Positions 11,633 through 21,054 of a DNA stretch of 64,000 nucleotides are shown piece by piece (the stretch's first letter is position 1; each line of letters begins with the position of its first letter). The notes under the pieces are model-generated. The model did no database searches. It was not told the DNA's origin and saw only the letters and a list, made by a program, of their open reading frames with translations. The stretch covers positions 33,820 to 97,819 of the forward strand of contig JAWCLG010000003.1 of NCBI GenBank assembly GCA_038851075.1, given 5' to 3'. The position numbers were made by a program, and so were the translations under genes. Source of the DNA: Candidatus Hadarchaeales archaeon. Its GTDB lineage: Archaea; Hadarchaeota; Hadarchaeia; Hadarchaeales; Hadarchaeaceae.

Positions 11633-14600
11633 CTACGCCCTGTCCCGCAGCTTCAGACGGGGAAGCATGCAAAGCGACTTTAGTTCGTCGAGAAGAAGTT
11701 TGAAAGCATACGACATTTCGACTCCATATATCTCCGAATCCTCTTCACAGAGCGGGCAGTAAGCACGGTCCCTCTTCAGGTCGTATACCGCCATGGCCCC
11801 GCACTTTCCGCAGACTAGGCCAGTGTACCTGTCCGAGGCATCGAGAAGCCTCTCCATGAGAAGCATCGCGGCTCCGTGTCCGATGAGGCAGTCACGCTCC
11901 ATTTCTCCGACCCTCAGACCTCCCTCCCTGGCTCTCCCCTCCGTGGGCTGGTGAGTAAGGACCTGAACCGGTCCCCTCGACCTAGCGTGTATCTTGTCCG
12001 CCACCATGTGGTGCAGTTTCTGATAATAACACACACCGATGAATATCTCTGCCTGGATCATCTCACCGGTCGTTCCGTTGTAAAGAACCTCCTTTCCGGT
12101 GTTCTTGAAACCGTGTGCCACCAGCATCTCACGGAGTTCCTTCTCAGGGACAGCCATGAAGGTGGTGCCTTCGATCCTTTGGCCTGCCATGGATCCGGCT
12201 TTACCTGCTATCATCTCAAGAAGCTGCCCTACTGACATCCTGGAGGGGAGAGCGTGGGGGTTTATGATGATATCTGGAACCGTTCCATCCTCAGAAAACG
12301 GCATGTCCGCGCCATTCATTATTATTCCCGCAACTCCCTTCTGACCGTGTCTCGACGCAAGCTTGTCCCCTATTTCTGGTATCCTTAGATCCCTGACCCT
12401 GACTCTGGCGAATTTGTTGCCCTCAGACGTAGTGCTCATGAGCACCATATCAACAATGCCCTCCTCACTCGGCCTTACCCTCACGGAACTCTCGCGTCTG
12501 CCGTGCTCAACCGGCAGTCCGAACTCATCAATCTCCTCAAGGAAACGCGGCGGGCTGGTCTTTCCAATCAGGACATCGTCGCCCCTCACCTCAACCTCAG
12601 GCATTGTTATTCCGTCATCACCGAGATTGCGATACTTGCTCGCGTCGGAGTATCCCCGAATGTCTTCGCCTGGTATTTCAAACTTGTCCATCTGTCCTCC
12701 GGGATACCTGCTCTCTTCAGCCTCGTATATCCTATAAAATGTGGTTCTGCCAAAACCTAGGTCGACCGCCTCCCTCTTGAGTATCAGCGCATCCTCCATG
12801 TTATATCCGCCATAGCATGCGATCGCAACGACCACATTCTGACCTGCAGGCCTGCGGTCGAATCCGACAAGATCCATTATCTTCGTTTTAACGAGGGGCA
12901 CCTGCGGATAGTGCATGAAGTGTCCACGCGTGTCAACCCTCCTGTGAATACTCGTGGTCATGACTCCAAGGGCCTGCTTTGCCATGTTTGCTCCGTATGT
13001 ATTTCTCGGAGACTGATTGTGCTCGGAGTAAGGAACAAGCGCCGCGCTTATACCGAGAATCACCAGTGGATGAAGCTCCAGGTGAGTGTGGCTCTCATTG
13101 AGCTCGTTCTCAAAGACCGCGATATGTGCGTTCTCCTCTTCCTCCGCGTCGAGATACTCAACGATTCCTCTTTCAATAAGCTCCCTCCATGACATGCCCC
13201 TCTTAACTTTTTCAAGAATATCTGGCGTCAGAAGTGACTTTCCCCTCTCAACGACTATAACGGGTCTCCTCACTCTGCCCGGATCCGTATTTATCTTCAC
13301 CTCGTTTGTGTCTTCACGGTATGCAACGTTGACCTGCTCATTTATCTCACCCTTTCTACGCATTTTCCTCAGCTCCGAAACCAGCTCTATTCCTCTGTCC
13401 GTTATGCCCACAAGTCTGCCGTTTATGTAGACGCTCTCCTTTTCTCCCCTCTCGCTCCCTTTCTCTATCCTTGTAACTCCAAGCTTGTAGAGAACGCGCT
13501 CGACCGCCCCATCATCAGTGCCTGTTGATATCTCCGCCAGTGTCGACAGGTTCTTGACGAGTCCGCAGTTCGGTCCCTCCGGAGTTTCACACGGACATAT
13601 TCTTCCCCAGTGGGTCGGATGTAAATCTCTGGCCTCGAAGTGCGGCTGACTCCTGCTAAGCGGGGAAACCACCCTCCTGAGGTGTGATATCGTGGCGATA
13701 TAATTGGTCCTGTCAAGAAGCTGGCTCACCCCGGTTCTTCCGCCTGGCCAGTTTCCGGTCGCCAGCGCGTGCCTGACTCTCTCTGTGAGAACATCCGCCC
13801 TGGCCGCAGTCCTGACGTTGAGCTCCCTGCCCCTGGCGTGGGCACGCTCGAGCTGATACTTTATGTCCCGTGTGAGATTCAGAAAAGCAAGCCTGAAAAC
13901 GTTCTCAAGAAGGTCTCCAGCCAGCTTCAGTCGCTTGTTTGCATAGTGATCCTTGTCATCCACATCACGCTTGCCGAGCGCCAGCTCTATCACAAGCTCC
14001 ACCATTCTTCCGAGATAATACGCCTTGCTTACCCTATCCTTAGGTTTTGATCCTATGTGTGGCAGGAGATACCTGTCCAGAACTTCCTTCGCACGCTGTA
14101 TTCGGTACTCTCGAGTCTGCCCTATTGCAACCCTCTTTCCTATTACATCAAGAGCCTCCTCCTGATTCCGGACCTCAACGGCCTCCTGAAGGTTCTCAAA
14201 AAGCTCTCTGACTATCTCCGGGTCCTTGGAAACCGCGTCCACGATCTCCCGGTCCTTCTCAACCCCGAGCGCACGCATCACCACAACAAAAGGTATCTGC
14301 CCTGGAACCGCAGGAAAGGAAACGCGCAGCAGTCCGTCCCTTTTTCTCTCAACAAGAACAAGAGCCCTGAATCCGCGATGAGTCGAGAAAACCTTCGCAA
14401 CCTCAGTTCCCATCCGCTCGTCACGCTCAACTAGGACTACATTCGAGGCCAGATCTTCCTGAGCGACAATCACCCTCTCTGAGCCGTTCACCACGAAGTA
14501 CCCGCCAGGATCGAGCGGGTCCTCCCCAACATTGATAAGCTGCTCCTCGGTCAGGCCATAGAGCTTGCATTTCTTGGACTTTAACATGACTGGAAGTTCT

Positions 14601-14944
14601 CCTATGTAAACATTCTCTGGCGGCCCTTCTCTGCCCTTCTCAACAACTGACATCTCGAGATAAATCGGGGCAGTATATGAAAGATTCCTCAGTCTGGCCT
14701 CTGACGGATAAACTGATGGATTTGAACCGTCCGCCTCCTTTATCGAGGGTGGATGTATGGTGACTTTTCCAAACTTCACGTAAACTCCAGGTATATCAAG
14801 CTCTATACCCGCGAGCTCATCAATTACCTGCTGTATTCCACGTTCCACGAAATCGTTGTAGGAATCGAGGTGCTGCCTGACGAGACCCTTTTCCTTTATA
14901 AATGCTTCAACAAGCGGCCATGTATCCAAACTTTCACCCCTCAA
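11633..14944 (-). CDS. rpoB: DNA-directed RNA polymerase subunit B (unsplit)
   Basis: Single 1103-aa ORF with the [13 protein letters not shown] and C-terminal zinc CGKCG...CPLC motifs. It is not split into B'/B''. Confidence 0.97.
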   Translation of the reverse strand: MRGESLDTWPLVEAFIKEKGLVRQHLDSYNDFVERGIQQVIDELAGIELDIPGVYVKFGKVTIHPPSIKEADGSNPSVYPSEARLRNLSYTAPIYLEMSVVEKGREGPPENVYIGELPVMLKSKKCKLYGLTEEQLINVGEDPLDPGGYFVVNGSERVIVAQEDLASNVVLVERDERMGTEVAKVFSTHRGFRALVLVERKRDGLLRVSFPAVPGQIPFVVVMRALGVEKDREIVDAVSKDPEIVRELFENLQEAVEVRNQEEALDVIGKRVAIGQTREYRIQRAKEVLDRYLLPHIGSKPKDRVSKAYYLGRMVELVIELALGKRDVDDKDHYANKRLKLAGDLLENVFRLAFLNLTRDIKYQLERAHARGRELNVRTAARADVLTERVRHALATGNWPGGRTGVSQLLDRTNYIATISHLRRVVSPLSRSQPHFEARDLHPTHWGRICPCETPEGPNCGLVKNLSTLAEISTGTDDGAVERVLYKLGVTRIEKGSERGEKESVYINGRLVGITDRGIELVSELRKMRRKGEINEQVNVAYREDTNEVKINTDPGRVRRPVIVVERGKSLLTPDILEKVKRGMSWRELIERGIVEYLDAEEEENAHIAVFENELNESHTHLELHPLVILGISAALVPYSEHNQSPRNTYGANMAKQALGVMTTSIHRRVDTRGHFMHYPQVPLVKTKIMDLVGFDRRPAGQNVVVAIACYGGYNMEDALILKREAVDLGFGRTTFYRIYEAEESRYPGGQMDKFEIPGEDIRGYSDASKYRNLGDDGITMPEVEVRGDDVLIGKTSPPRFLEEIDEFGLPVEHGRRESSVRVRPSEEGIVDMVLMSTTSEGNKFARVRVRDLRIPEIGDKLASRHGQKGVAGIIMNGADMPFSEDGTVPDIIINPHALPSRMSVGQLLEMIAGKAGSMAGQRIEGTTFMAVPEKELREMLVAHGFKNTGKEVLYNGTTGEMIQAEIFIGVCYYQKLHHMVADKIHARSRGPVQVLTHQPTEGRAREGGLRVGEMERDCLIGHGAAMLLMERLLDASDRYTGLVCGKCGAMAVYDLKRDRAYCPLCEEDSEIYGVEMSYAFKLLLDELKSLCMLPRLKLRDRA

Positions 14945-15176
14945 TCACGTATCTGTAAGCTATCGCTTTACCTGCGGTTTGACTTTTTCGAGTAATCTTC
15001 AAAACGTCTCCGGGTTTTGCTCCCACCGCCCTCGCTGCAGGGTCTGAGGCCTTGATCATTGGAAGCTGATAAGGAGTCACTTTATATCTCTGGAGGAGCT
15101 CTTCCACTTCCTTCTTTGACATCACCTCATGCTTTGGCACGAGCACGTGCCCCGTTATGTCTATTTCTTCCGTCAT
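14934..15176 (-). CDS. rpoH: DNA-directed RNA polymerase subunit H (Rpb5 homolog)
   Basis: 80 aa. [54 protein letters not shown] is the Rpb5 C-terminal domain. It lies at the head of the rpo operon. Confidence 0.85.
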   Translation of the reverse strand: MTEEIDITGHVLVPKHEVMSKKEVEELLQRYKVTPYQLPMIKASDPAARAVGAKPGDVLKITRKSQTAGKAIAYRYVIEG

Positions 15177-15196
15177 GGTTTTACCCGCGTTCGCGA

Positions 15197-15271
15197 CGGG
15201 CCCGGCGGGATTCGAACCCGCGACACCCGGCTTAAAAGGCCGGTGCGCTGGCCAGACTGCGCTACGGGCCC
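15197..15271 (-). tRNA. tRNA-Lys (anticodon TTT), no intron, CCA not encoded
   Basis: Hand-folded cloverleaf on the minus strand: GGGCCCG TA GCGC AGTCTGGCCA GCGC A CCGGC CTTTTAA GCCGG GTGTC GCGGG TTCGAAT CCCGC CGGGCCC G. Confidence 0.9.
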
Positions 15272-15354
15272 CTATAAAGCGGCGTAAAATCCCCTTTTAT
15301 CTCTTTCGTGATTTTAAATCGCGTAAAGTGTTTTTAAGCTTTTCTGATGCCGGC

Positions 15355-16284
15355 TCACGAAATGGTGCCACCGCCGGAGCCGTCCATGGACAGGGTAGCA
15401 ACAACCCAGTCATAACCATACGTTGTCTCAAAAGATGTTTCTATTGTCTGATCTTCGTATCCGAAGGTGTGCCTGAACACTCTCTCCGTTCCCTCCGCTA
15501 TCCTTATCCTAACCGTGGCCTCTGTGTTTTCTTGGACCCCATTTGCCGAATAATATCTGACCTTGACAATGTAGTTGCCCGCCCTGGCGCTCTGCATGGT
15601 AAAGTGCTCCGGACCGTACCCGTTTACATCGTCCACATCAAGCTCGGCCCCCGGTATGCCACTTTTATTTCCATAATAGCAGTGATTCATGTCGGGATCC
15701 CACACATGGAGATCGACATCATTATAGTCTGTATTCCACGTTAACTGAATCCATATGTCCATCGGAGGGATATCCGCATACACTGTGAAGACATCGCTCT
15801 GCGCAGCGGTATTGCCTTGCAGGTCTCTCACGATTATCCTGAAGGTGTTGGCCCCCCTAGTTAAAACACGTGTTTCATAAAAAATCCATTCATCGCTCAC
15901 ATATGAAACCGGAATCTCCTCCTCCTGACCATTGAACACCAGATAAACAGTGCCAGCAAACTCCTGCGTGTTTCCGGCATCCGGATTTTCTACTGTGCCC
16001 GATATGCGCTGGATCCTCTGACCTGTAGTTCCACCGTTCGTGATCAGGTTTCCTTCGGCATCGTAAAGTCCTGTTATAACCGCGTTGCCGAAGCTTCCTC
16101 CTCCACCGCCACCGCTGCTCACTGCAACCAAAACAACGGTGACCGAAACTGAAACTACTATAATCACCACTATTACGGCAATGAGAACGGGTGCGAATCC
16201 ACTGTTTTCAATTTTAACCATTTCATCTATTATAGCAGTCATCAGGCACAATATAAACATATCCCCACGTTCGCGTTTTAGCAA
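15355..16284 (-). CDS. Signal-anchored secreted protein with a C-terminal YfaP/DUF2135-like domain
   Basis: An N-terminal hydrophobic anchor (PVLIAVIVVIIVVSVSVTVVLVAV) is followed by a Gly-rich linker. The segment DVDLHVWDPDMNHCYYGNKSGIPGAELDVDDVNGYGPEHFTMQSARAGNYIVKVRYY resembles the DUF2135 pattern (D-DLxVxxPxGxxxxY...D...GYGPE...G.Y.V.V.YY). Start uncertain. Confidence 0.5.
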   Translation of the reverse strand: MLKRERGDMFILCLMTAIIDEMVKIENSGFAPVLIAVIVVIIVVSVSVTVVLVAVSSGGGGGGSFGNAVITGLYDAEGNLITNGGTTGQRIQRISGTVENPDAGNTQEFAGTVYLVFNGQEEEIPVSYVSDEWIFYETRVLTRGANTFRIIVRDLQGNTAAQSDVFTVYADIPPMDIWIQLTWNTDYNDVDLHVWDPDMNHCYYGNKSGIPGAELDVDDVNGYGPEHFTMQSARAGNYIVKVRYYSANGVQENTEATVRIRIAEGTERVFRHTFGYEDQTIETSFETTYGYDWVVATLSMDGSGGGTIS

Positions 16285-16392
16285 AATTCAAGTATTCCAG
16301 CTCATTTTTTCGATATCAAAACTCAGAGATGAAAAACGCATTTAGCGATTCAGCGATTCTGTGCAATCAAATGAGTGGTGCCCGGGTTCAGG

Positions 16393-16492
16393 TGGCGCCC
16401 ATCGGCGGAGCGTTTAACTCCTTGGCCGGGATTTGAACCCGGGGCGGAGCCTCGACAGGGCTCCATGTTGGTCCGGTCTACACCACCAGGGC
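16393..16492 (-). tRNA. tRNA-Asp (anticodon GTC) with a 22-nt intron (16401..16422) in the 3' acceptor strand (position 68/69); CCA encoded
   Basis: Minus-strand fold: GCCCTGG TG GTGT AGACCGGACCA ACAT G GAGCC CTGTCGA GGCTC CGCC CCGGG TTCAAAT CCCGG CCA[AGGAGTTAAACGCTCCGCCGAT]GGGC G CCA. Removing the bracketed segment restores a perfect 7-bp acceptor stem. A BHB core is present (see finding). Confidence 0.8.
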
Positions 16493-16577
16493 ACCGGTTT
16501 GAACTTAAGTATGGGGACTTTAAACCTTTAACGCCGGAAACCACAAATTTTGCTCCAGAATAAATCGACATCTTAGT

Positions 16578-16700
16578 GGTTGGCAGCGTATCGGGCTTCC
16601 CGCCGGCTTGCGCACGGCAGTACAACCTCGATCGCTGGCGGGCTTAACTTCCGGGATCTGACGGGACCGGGTGTCACCCCGCCGCTATGGCCGCCAACCA
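16578..16700 (-). rRNA. rrf: 5S ribosomal RNA (ends +/- 2 nt)
   Basis: The minus strand reads GGTTGGCGGCCATAGCGGCGGGGTGACACCCGGTCCCGTCAGATCCCGGAAGTTAAGCCCGCCAGCGATCGAGGTTGTACTGCCGTGCGCAAGCCGGCGGGAAGCCCGATACGCTGCCAACC. Helix I pairs GGTTGGCGGC with GCTGCCAACC, and the loop C/helix III consensus CCCGGAAGTTAAGCC is present. Confidence 0.9.
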
Positions 16701-16741
16701 AGTATGAGGTCTTGTTCAGACCGGTTAAAAAGATTGTCGGA

Positions 16742-16859
16742 TGGTCCCGCGGGGGAGATTTGAACTCCCGACATGTCGGTTCCTATCTTTTTTGGGTCTC
16801 TGGCCCGCCTTCCATATGGCGAACAGCCGACCACTCTAACCAGGCTGAGTTACCGCGGG
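16742..16859 (-). tRNA. tRNA-Asn (anticodon GTT) with a ~40-nt intron in the anticodon loop (about 16781..16821); CCA encoded
   Basis: Minus-strand fold: CCCGCGG TA ACTC AGCCTGGTTA GAGT G GTCGG CTGTT[..40 nt..]A(A) CCGAC ATGTC GGGAG TTCAAAT CTCCC CCGCGGG A CCA. The exact splice junction is ambiguous by 1 nt (see finding). Confidence 0.8.
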
Positions 16860-16882
16860 ACCAATTAAGTTTCTTCTCTAAT

Positions 16883-16893
16883 TTCTTAAATAT
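16883..16893 (-). promoter_or_regulatory. Candidate TATA box for the tRNA-Asn/5S/tRNA-Asp unit
   Basis: The minus strand reads ATATTTAAGAAA, centred about 30 nt upstream of the tRNA-Asn 5' end. This is the expected spacing for an archaeal TATA element. Confidence 0.35.
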
Positions 16894-18002
16894 CATCCCA
16901 TGAACACGTGCAGTCTTCTCAGGGCGTCCAGTTTTTCTCTTTGCCCGATACCGGCAGATTTAACCGCATCTCCCAGAATTTCTATCGTTCTCTGATAAGT
17001 TATTTTGTCTACCGGGTATGGAACACCGTCCTTACCTCCATGTGCGAAGCTGAACTTTACAGGGTCTTTCCATGAGGGCGGTTTTCCGTAAATTAGATCG
17101 GAAACTAGCGCCAGCGCTCGCACGGCTTTTGGACCTATACCGCGGATGGCAACAAGCCCCTCGTAGTTCTCGGGCTGAAGCTCGTATGCTCTCTGCAAAG
17201 CCGCGAGCGTTTGCTCCGTCAGCTTAGTTATCGCGTGAGAGGTTGGCATCACAAGCTTCGGCACTTTGGGACTTCTTTGATCAAAATATTCATCGAGGGA
17301 GCGCTGTTCCGCCTCGCGCACGTATGGCAGCAAACGCTTCGGGTTGTCCCGAACCAAATCTACGCAGGTCTTGCGCGTTTCTTCACTATCCCGCGCGGTC
17401 ATGTCCAACACCACTTCCTCGCTTCGGTCACCAATGATTCCAGAGTGAGGTTCCTCCACGAAACTTTTCACCCCTTCGAAGAGCCAGTGGTAACGCCTGG
17501 CCATTTGCCCGTGCATCCCCTGCTGTATCACCGCCCAGTCTCCGTTCTCTGTGAAAATGAAAACGTGATGATAAAGCTGATAACCATCTTGGACGCAGGC
17601 GCTGTCGACCTTTGCAGCCATCCTGCTCGCATGCTTTAACCTATCGATCGTATGCGAGGAGAGGGAGAAAACATCACCGGCCCTTTCAATTTCCTCAGGC
17701 GTGAGTCTCGATGTTCTTCCCTTTCCTCCGCACACGGATATCCCAAGCTCCTCCGGTCTTATCGCCTCTTTCAGAGCCCCACAAACGGTCGTTGTAAGTC
17801 CGGAGGAATGCCAGTCAAAACCGAGGGTGCATCCAAGAGCCTGAAAGAAAAAAGGATCCCCGATTCTTCTCAAAAATTCCTCTTGACCATACTCAAGAAC
17901 TATCGCCCGACATATTGCTTCGCTAAGGCATTTCATTCTCTTGAAGAGCCACGGCGGACATCTCCCTCCGTGAAGGGGCAGTTCAGCGATACCGGATTTC
18001 AT
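16893..18002 (-). CDS. DUF763-family protein with a C-terminal helix-hairpin-helix motif
   Basis: MKSGIAELPLHGGRCPPWLFKRMKCLSEAI...FFFQALGCTLGFDWHSSGLTTT is the DUF763 N-terminal signature. AIRGIGPKAVRALA is HhH-like. I chose the start at M27 of the track ORF. Confidence 0.7.
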   Translation of the reverse strand: MKSGIAELPLHGGRCPPWLFKRMKCLSEAICRAIVLEYGQEEFLRRIGDPFFFQALGCTLGFDWHSSGLTTTVCGALKEAIRPEELGISVCGGKGRTSRLTPEEIERAGDVFSLSSHTIDRLKHASRMAAKVDSACVQDGYQLYHHVFIFTENGDWAVIQQGMHGQMARRYHWLFEGVKSFVEEPHSGIIGDRSEEVVLDMTARDSEETRKTCVDLVRDNPKRLLPYVREAEQRSLDEYFDQRSPKVPKLVMPTSHAITKLTEQTLAALQRAYELQPENYEGLVAIRGIGPKAVRALALVSDLIYGKPPSWKDPVKFSFAHGGKDGVPYPVDKITYQRTIEILGDAVKSAGIGQREKLDALRRLHVFMG

Positions 18003-18084
18003 CAGAAAGCACGTGTAGTTTGAAAAAGATAAATCTAATATCAAATAGGCTGTGGAACGCAGGTCCGCTGTTGAAAGCATGGAG

Positions 18085-18300
18085 TCATTTTGTTAGATGG
18101 TACCCAGCGGCCTTTTCACGCGCCACGCGCTTGGCGTACCCCTTCGCCACGAGCTCCATCAGCGCGTTGTTAACCATTCCTTTCGGAAGTTTTGCAGCGC
18201 GCATGACGTCGTCGGCCGTCTTCAGGGTCGTTGGCGCGGTGGCACCAAGCTTTTTCATGATGTCATACACTTTCTGGGCATTCGGAGTAAGATCCGTCAT
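18085..18300 (-). CDS. Small (71 aa) winged-helix-like DNA-binding protein
   Basis: The helix-turn-helix-like layout KVYDIMKKLG...TADDVMRAAKLPKGMVNNALMELVAKGYAKRV is followed by a basic wing. The family is not identified. Confidence 0.4.
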   Translation of the reverse strand: MTDLTPNAQKVYDIMKKLGATAPTTLKTADDVMRAAKLPKGMVNNALMELVAKGYAKRVAREKAAGYHLTK

Positions 18301-18351
18301 TTTCTACACCTCTGTTTTCATCGGTCCTGTAGAAATTTAAAACATTCGCTT

Positions 18352-19200
18352 TTAAGGTTTTACCATGTCCAAACTGATGTCAATGGCCGGCGCCCGCATT
18401 GTTATGTGACCGGAGGAAATTATATCCACCCCTGTCGATGCGAAAGCTGAAATATTTGATGGTTTTATTCCTCCTGAAGCTTCAAGGATAACATGTGATC
18501 TGAGGCCTTCTCTCTTGAGATCCGCAACCGCTTTCCTTATTTCTCCCGGCTTCATGTTATCAAACATTATTATATCTGCCCCGGCCCGGGCAGCTTCGAG
18601 AGCCTCCTTTCTTTTTCTGACTTCGACCTCAACCCTGAGCGAAGGGTAAGCTGCCTTTGCCTTTTTAACCGCCTCCGATATGCTTCCTGAAAAGCGAAGA
18701 TGACTGTCCTTTATAAGAACGTGATCGCTGAGCGTCCACCTGTGAGGAACCCCGCCACCGACAATAACCGCACGCTTGTCAAAGTAAGTGAGAAGTGGCG
18801 CTGTCTTTCTGGTGGCGGCAATCTTAACATTTTTTGATTTATTTCTGGCGAGTTCTACAAGGGCCCTCGTTGCCGTGGCTATCCCGCTCATCCGCATCAT
18901 GAGATTCAGCGCAGTTCTCTCGGCGGCAAGTATGCCTCTGGCAGGCCCTTCGACAACCGCAACCGTCTCTCCCGACTTGACTTTCTCACCGTCCTTTTTT
19001 CTCGGAAATGCTCTAACACCAAACATTCTGAATATCTCTACAACCTCCGCCAAACCAGCCAGAACTCCGTCCTCATGAACCACTATCTCCCCTCTGCCGA
19101 CAGCCCCAGCACCCACCAGTGCCTTTGAGGTCACGTCCCCAGATCCCAGATCCTCTCTTAGCATCTCCTCCAATTTTCTTCTTATTTTAGGTTCAACCAT
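18352..19200 (-). CDS. nadC: Nicotinate-nucleotide pyrophosphorylase (quinolinate phosphoribosyltransferase)
   Basis: 282 aa with the typical NadC layout (LAAERTALNLMMRMSGIAT...ATRKT...DNM...EASGGI). It overlaps nadA by 8 nt. Confidence 0.92.
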   Translation of the reverse strand: MVEPKIRRKLEEMLREDLGSGDVTSKALVGAGAVGRGEIVVHEDGVLAGLAEVVEIFRMFGVRAFPRKKDGEKVKSGETVAVVEGPARGILAAERTALNLMMRMSGIATATRALVELARNKSKNVKIAATRKTAPLLTYFDKRAVIVGGGVPHRWTLSDHVLIKDSHLRFSGSISEAVKKAKAAYPSLRVEVEVRKRKEALEAARAGADIIMFDNMKPGEIRKAVADLKREGLRSHVILEASGGIKPSNISAFASTGVDIISSGHITMRAPAIDISLDMVKP

Positions 19201-20131
19201 GTGAAATCCTCCTGGTCAGCCTTATCATTCTCTCGGTAGCAGCCCTCGCCCTTTTAGCTATATCGTCCGGAACCTTCACAACATGTTTAAAACCTGCGAG
19301 CGATTCGTAGATTTTCTCAAGTGTGGTTCTCTTCATCTGTTCGCAGATGGCGTTTTCCAGCGCAGGGATAAAATCCCTGTCCGGATAATCCCTTCTCAGC
19401 CTTTCTACCATACCGACCTCGGTTGCTATTATGAATCTCCTCGCCGGGGAAACCATGACTCTCTTCACCATCTGACTCGTGCTGCATATGTGGTCCGCGA
19501 GATCCTGCACCCCGGGTTCGCATTCGGGATGCACCAGAACTTCGGCATCAGGGTGCTCCTTTTTTTTCAGCATGATGTCCCCTGGGGAGAAAATTCTGTG
19601 GACGTAGCAGTAGCCATAGTCGGGCAGTGGAATTACCTTCTTTTTCGTGCGCTTCTGAACGAACCATGCAAGGTTGCGATCCGGACCAAACAAAACTTTA
19701 TCCTCATCAAGCGCGTTTACGACCTCAGCTGCATTTGCCGATGTGCAGGTGACATCAGCCACAGCGCGCGCCTCTGCGGATGTGTTTACGTAAAGAACCA
19801 CCGCGGCGTCTGGATGTTTTTTCTTTGCCTCACGAACGAGTTGAGCCGGAAGCTGAGCAGCCATGGGGCATTTCGCATCTGGATCCGTAATCAAAACATT
19901 CTTATCCGGGTTTAGGATTGCAGCTGTCTCCGCCATGAAATCAACGCCCGCGAAAACAATAACGTCTGCTTTGACCTCAGAAGATTTCATCGCAAGCTCA
20001 AGTGAGTCTCCGACGAAATCCGCAATATCCTGCACCTCGAGCCTCTGGTAATTATGCGCCAGGACAATTGCGTTTTTCTCCTCCTTGAGACTTGATATCC
20101 GACTGACCAGATCTCTCTTGTCCAAATTCAA
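19193..20131 (-). CDS. nadA: Quinolinate synthase
   Basis: 312 aa. ILAHNYQRLEVQDIADFVGDSLEL, AKCPMA, VLYVNTSAE and HPECEP are NadA signatures. Confidence 0.92.
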   Translation of the reverse strand: MNLDKRDLVSRISSLKEEKNAIVLAHNYQRLEVQDIADFVGDSLELAMKSSEVKADVIVFAGVDFMAETAAILNPDKNVLITDPDAKCPMAAQLPAQLVREAKKKHPDAAVVLYVNTSAEARAVADVTCTSANAAEVVNALDEDKVLFGPDRNLAWFVQKRTKKKVIPLPDYGYCYVHRIFSPGDIMLKKKEHPDAEVLVHPECEPGVQDLADHICSTSQMVKRVMVSPARRFIIATEVGMVERLRRDYPDRDFIPALENAICEQMKRTTLEKIYESLAGFKHVVKVPDDIAKRARAATERMIRLTRRISHG

Positions 20132-20169
20132 CCCTCAAAAAATAAGGTAGAGGAGAACGTATAAATGTC

Positions 20170-21024
20170 CTATGTGCCCACTCTGATGCTCTCTCCGATG
20201 TTCTTCAGGGTACGTATTGCCGAAAGCGCTGCAAGATAGCTTGTCCTGCGGCTCTCCGGAAACGGAAGATTATGGGCTTGGGTAAAAAGAGATCCGAATT
20301 TTCCTCTGACCCAGATTTCATGAACATTTCGGCTGATTGTCGGATCTGCGACCACACGCACCCTCGTCCTGTCAAATCCTATGCCGGCCAGACTCAGGGT
20401 CGCTGCCACATTGACACTTGCCGGAAACGCCTTGACCGCCTCCCTGGCTGGACCTTCGAACACGATCTTGGGCGACTTTAAACCTTTCACGGATATCCTG
20501 CGGCTCTTCAGATAATCGCTGTAGGCAAGCGCTGAGGGCGGTTTTCTCGTCACAAGCAGGACTTTCTCTATGCCCCCAATCTGGCTGGCCTTAATTCCGT
20601 CTATACCGAGGATAGCTCCCGAAGGGATGTAAACCCTCCTGCCCTTCGCGTCTGCCATCTTTCTCACCCTGCTGAGAAGCTTTTCATCAGAAAATGCTCC
20701 GACGCTCATCACCATCAAATTTTTTCCGCTTTTCAGCACGTCCAGCGAATACTGTCTGACTGCTTCTTGAGACGCGGCCTCAACGACAAGGTCCAGATTC
20801 CTGTCAGAGTATATGTCTCCAGCCGTATTCGCGATCTTCGGCTTTTTTCTCAATTTTTTTGCAAGAGCATCCGATTTTTCAGGTACTATGTCGTAGAGCC
20901 AGCTGAGCCTGACACCTCCAATAACGCCGCTGTCAACAGCCTTTGCCAGAAGCGTGCCTATCGCACCGCATCCTATTATCGCGATCCTGATATGTACCCC
21001 CTCCAAAAAACTAGACACGGACAA
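20170..21024 (-). CDS. nadX: L-aspartate dehydrogenase
   Basis: A Rossmann motif IAIIGCGAIG sits at the N-terminus. The gene has NadX-like length and operon context with nadA and nadC. The start may be an internal GTG/ATG slightly downstream. Confidence 0.8.
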   Translation of the reverse strand: MSVSSFLEGVHIRIAIIGCGAIGTLLAKAVDSGVIGGVRLSWLYDIVPEKSDALAKKLRKKPKIANTAGDIYSDRNLDLVVEAASQEAVRQYSLDVLKSGKNLMVMSVGAFSDEKLLSRVRKMADAKGRRVYIPSGAILGIDGIKASQIGGIEKVLLVTRKPPSALAYSDYLKSRRISVKGLKSPKIVFEGPAREAVKAFPASVNVAATLSLAGIGFDRTRVRVVADPTISRNVHEIWVRGKFGSLFTQAHNLPFPESRRTSYLAALSAIRTLKNIGESIRVGT

Positions 21025-21054
21025 GGTATAATTGTTTTGAGCAGCGTGGAACGT

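Noticed and set aside
15157-15744. 195-aa plus-strand ORF
   Set aside because: It runs through tRNA-Lys and is antisense to the 15355..16284 gene. Its [21 protein letters not shown] segment is just the translated tRNA.
16375-16496. GGTGCCC...GGGCACCA flanking tRNA-Asp, first parsed as the acceptor stem of a ~120-nt tRNA
   Set aside because: With that acceptor the D-arm and T-arm do not fold. The inner GCCCTGG/CCAGGGC acceptor, after intron removal, gives a canonical tRNA-Asp. The outer complementarity is probably fortuitous or a leader-trailer pairing, and I cannot support it further.
16350-16903. Three ORFs (91, 62 and 107 aa) across 16350..16903
   Set aside because: They are entirely explained by tRNA-Asp, 5S rRNA and tRNA-Asn, that is, by translating structured RNA genes.
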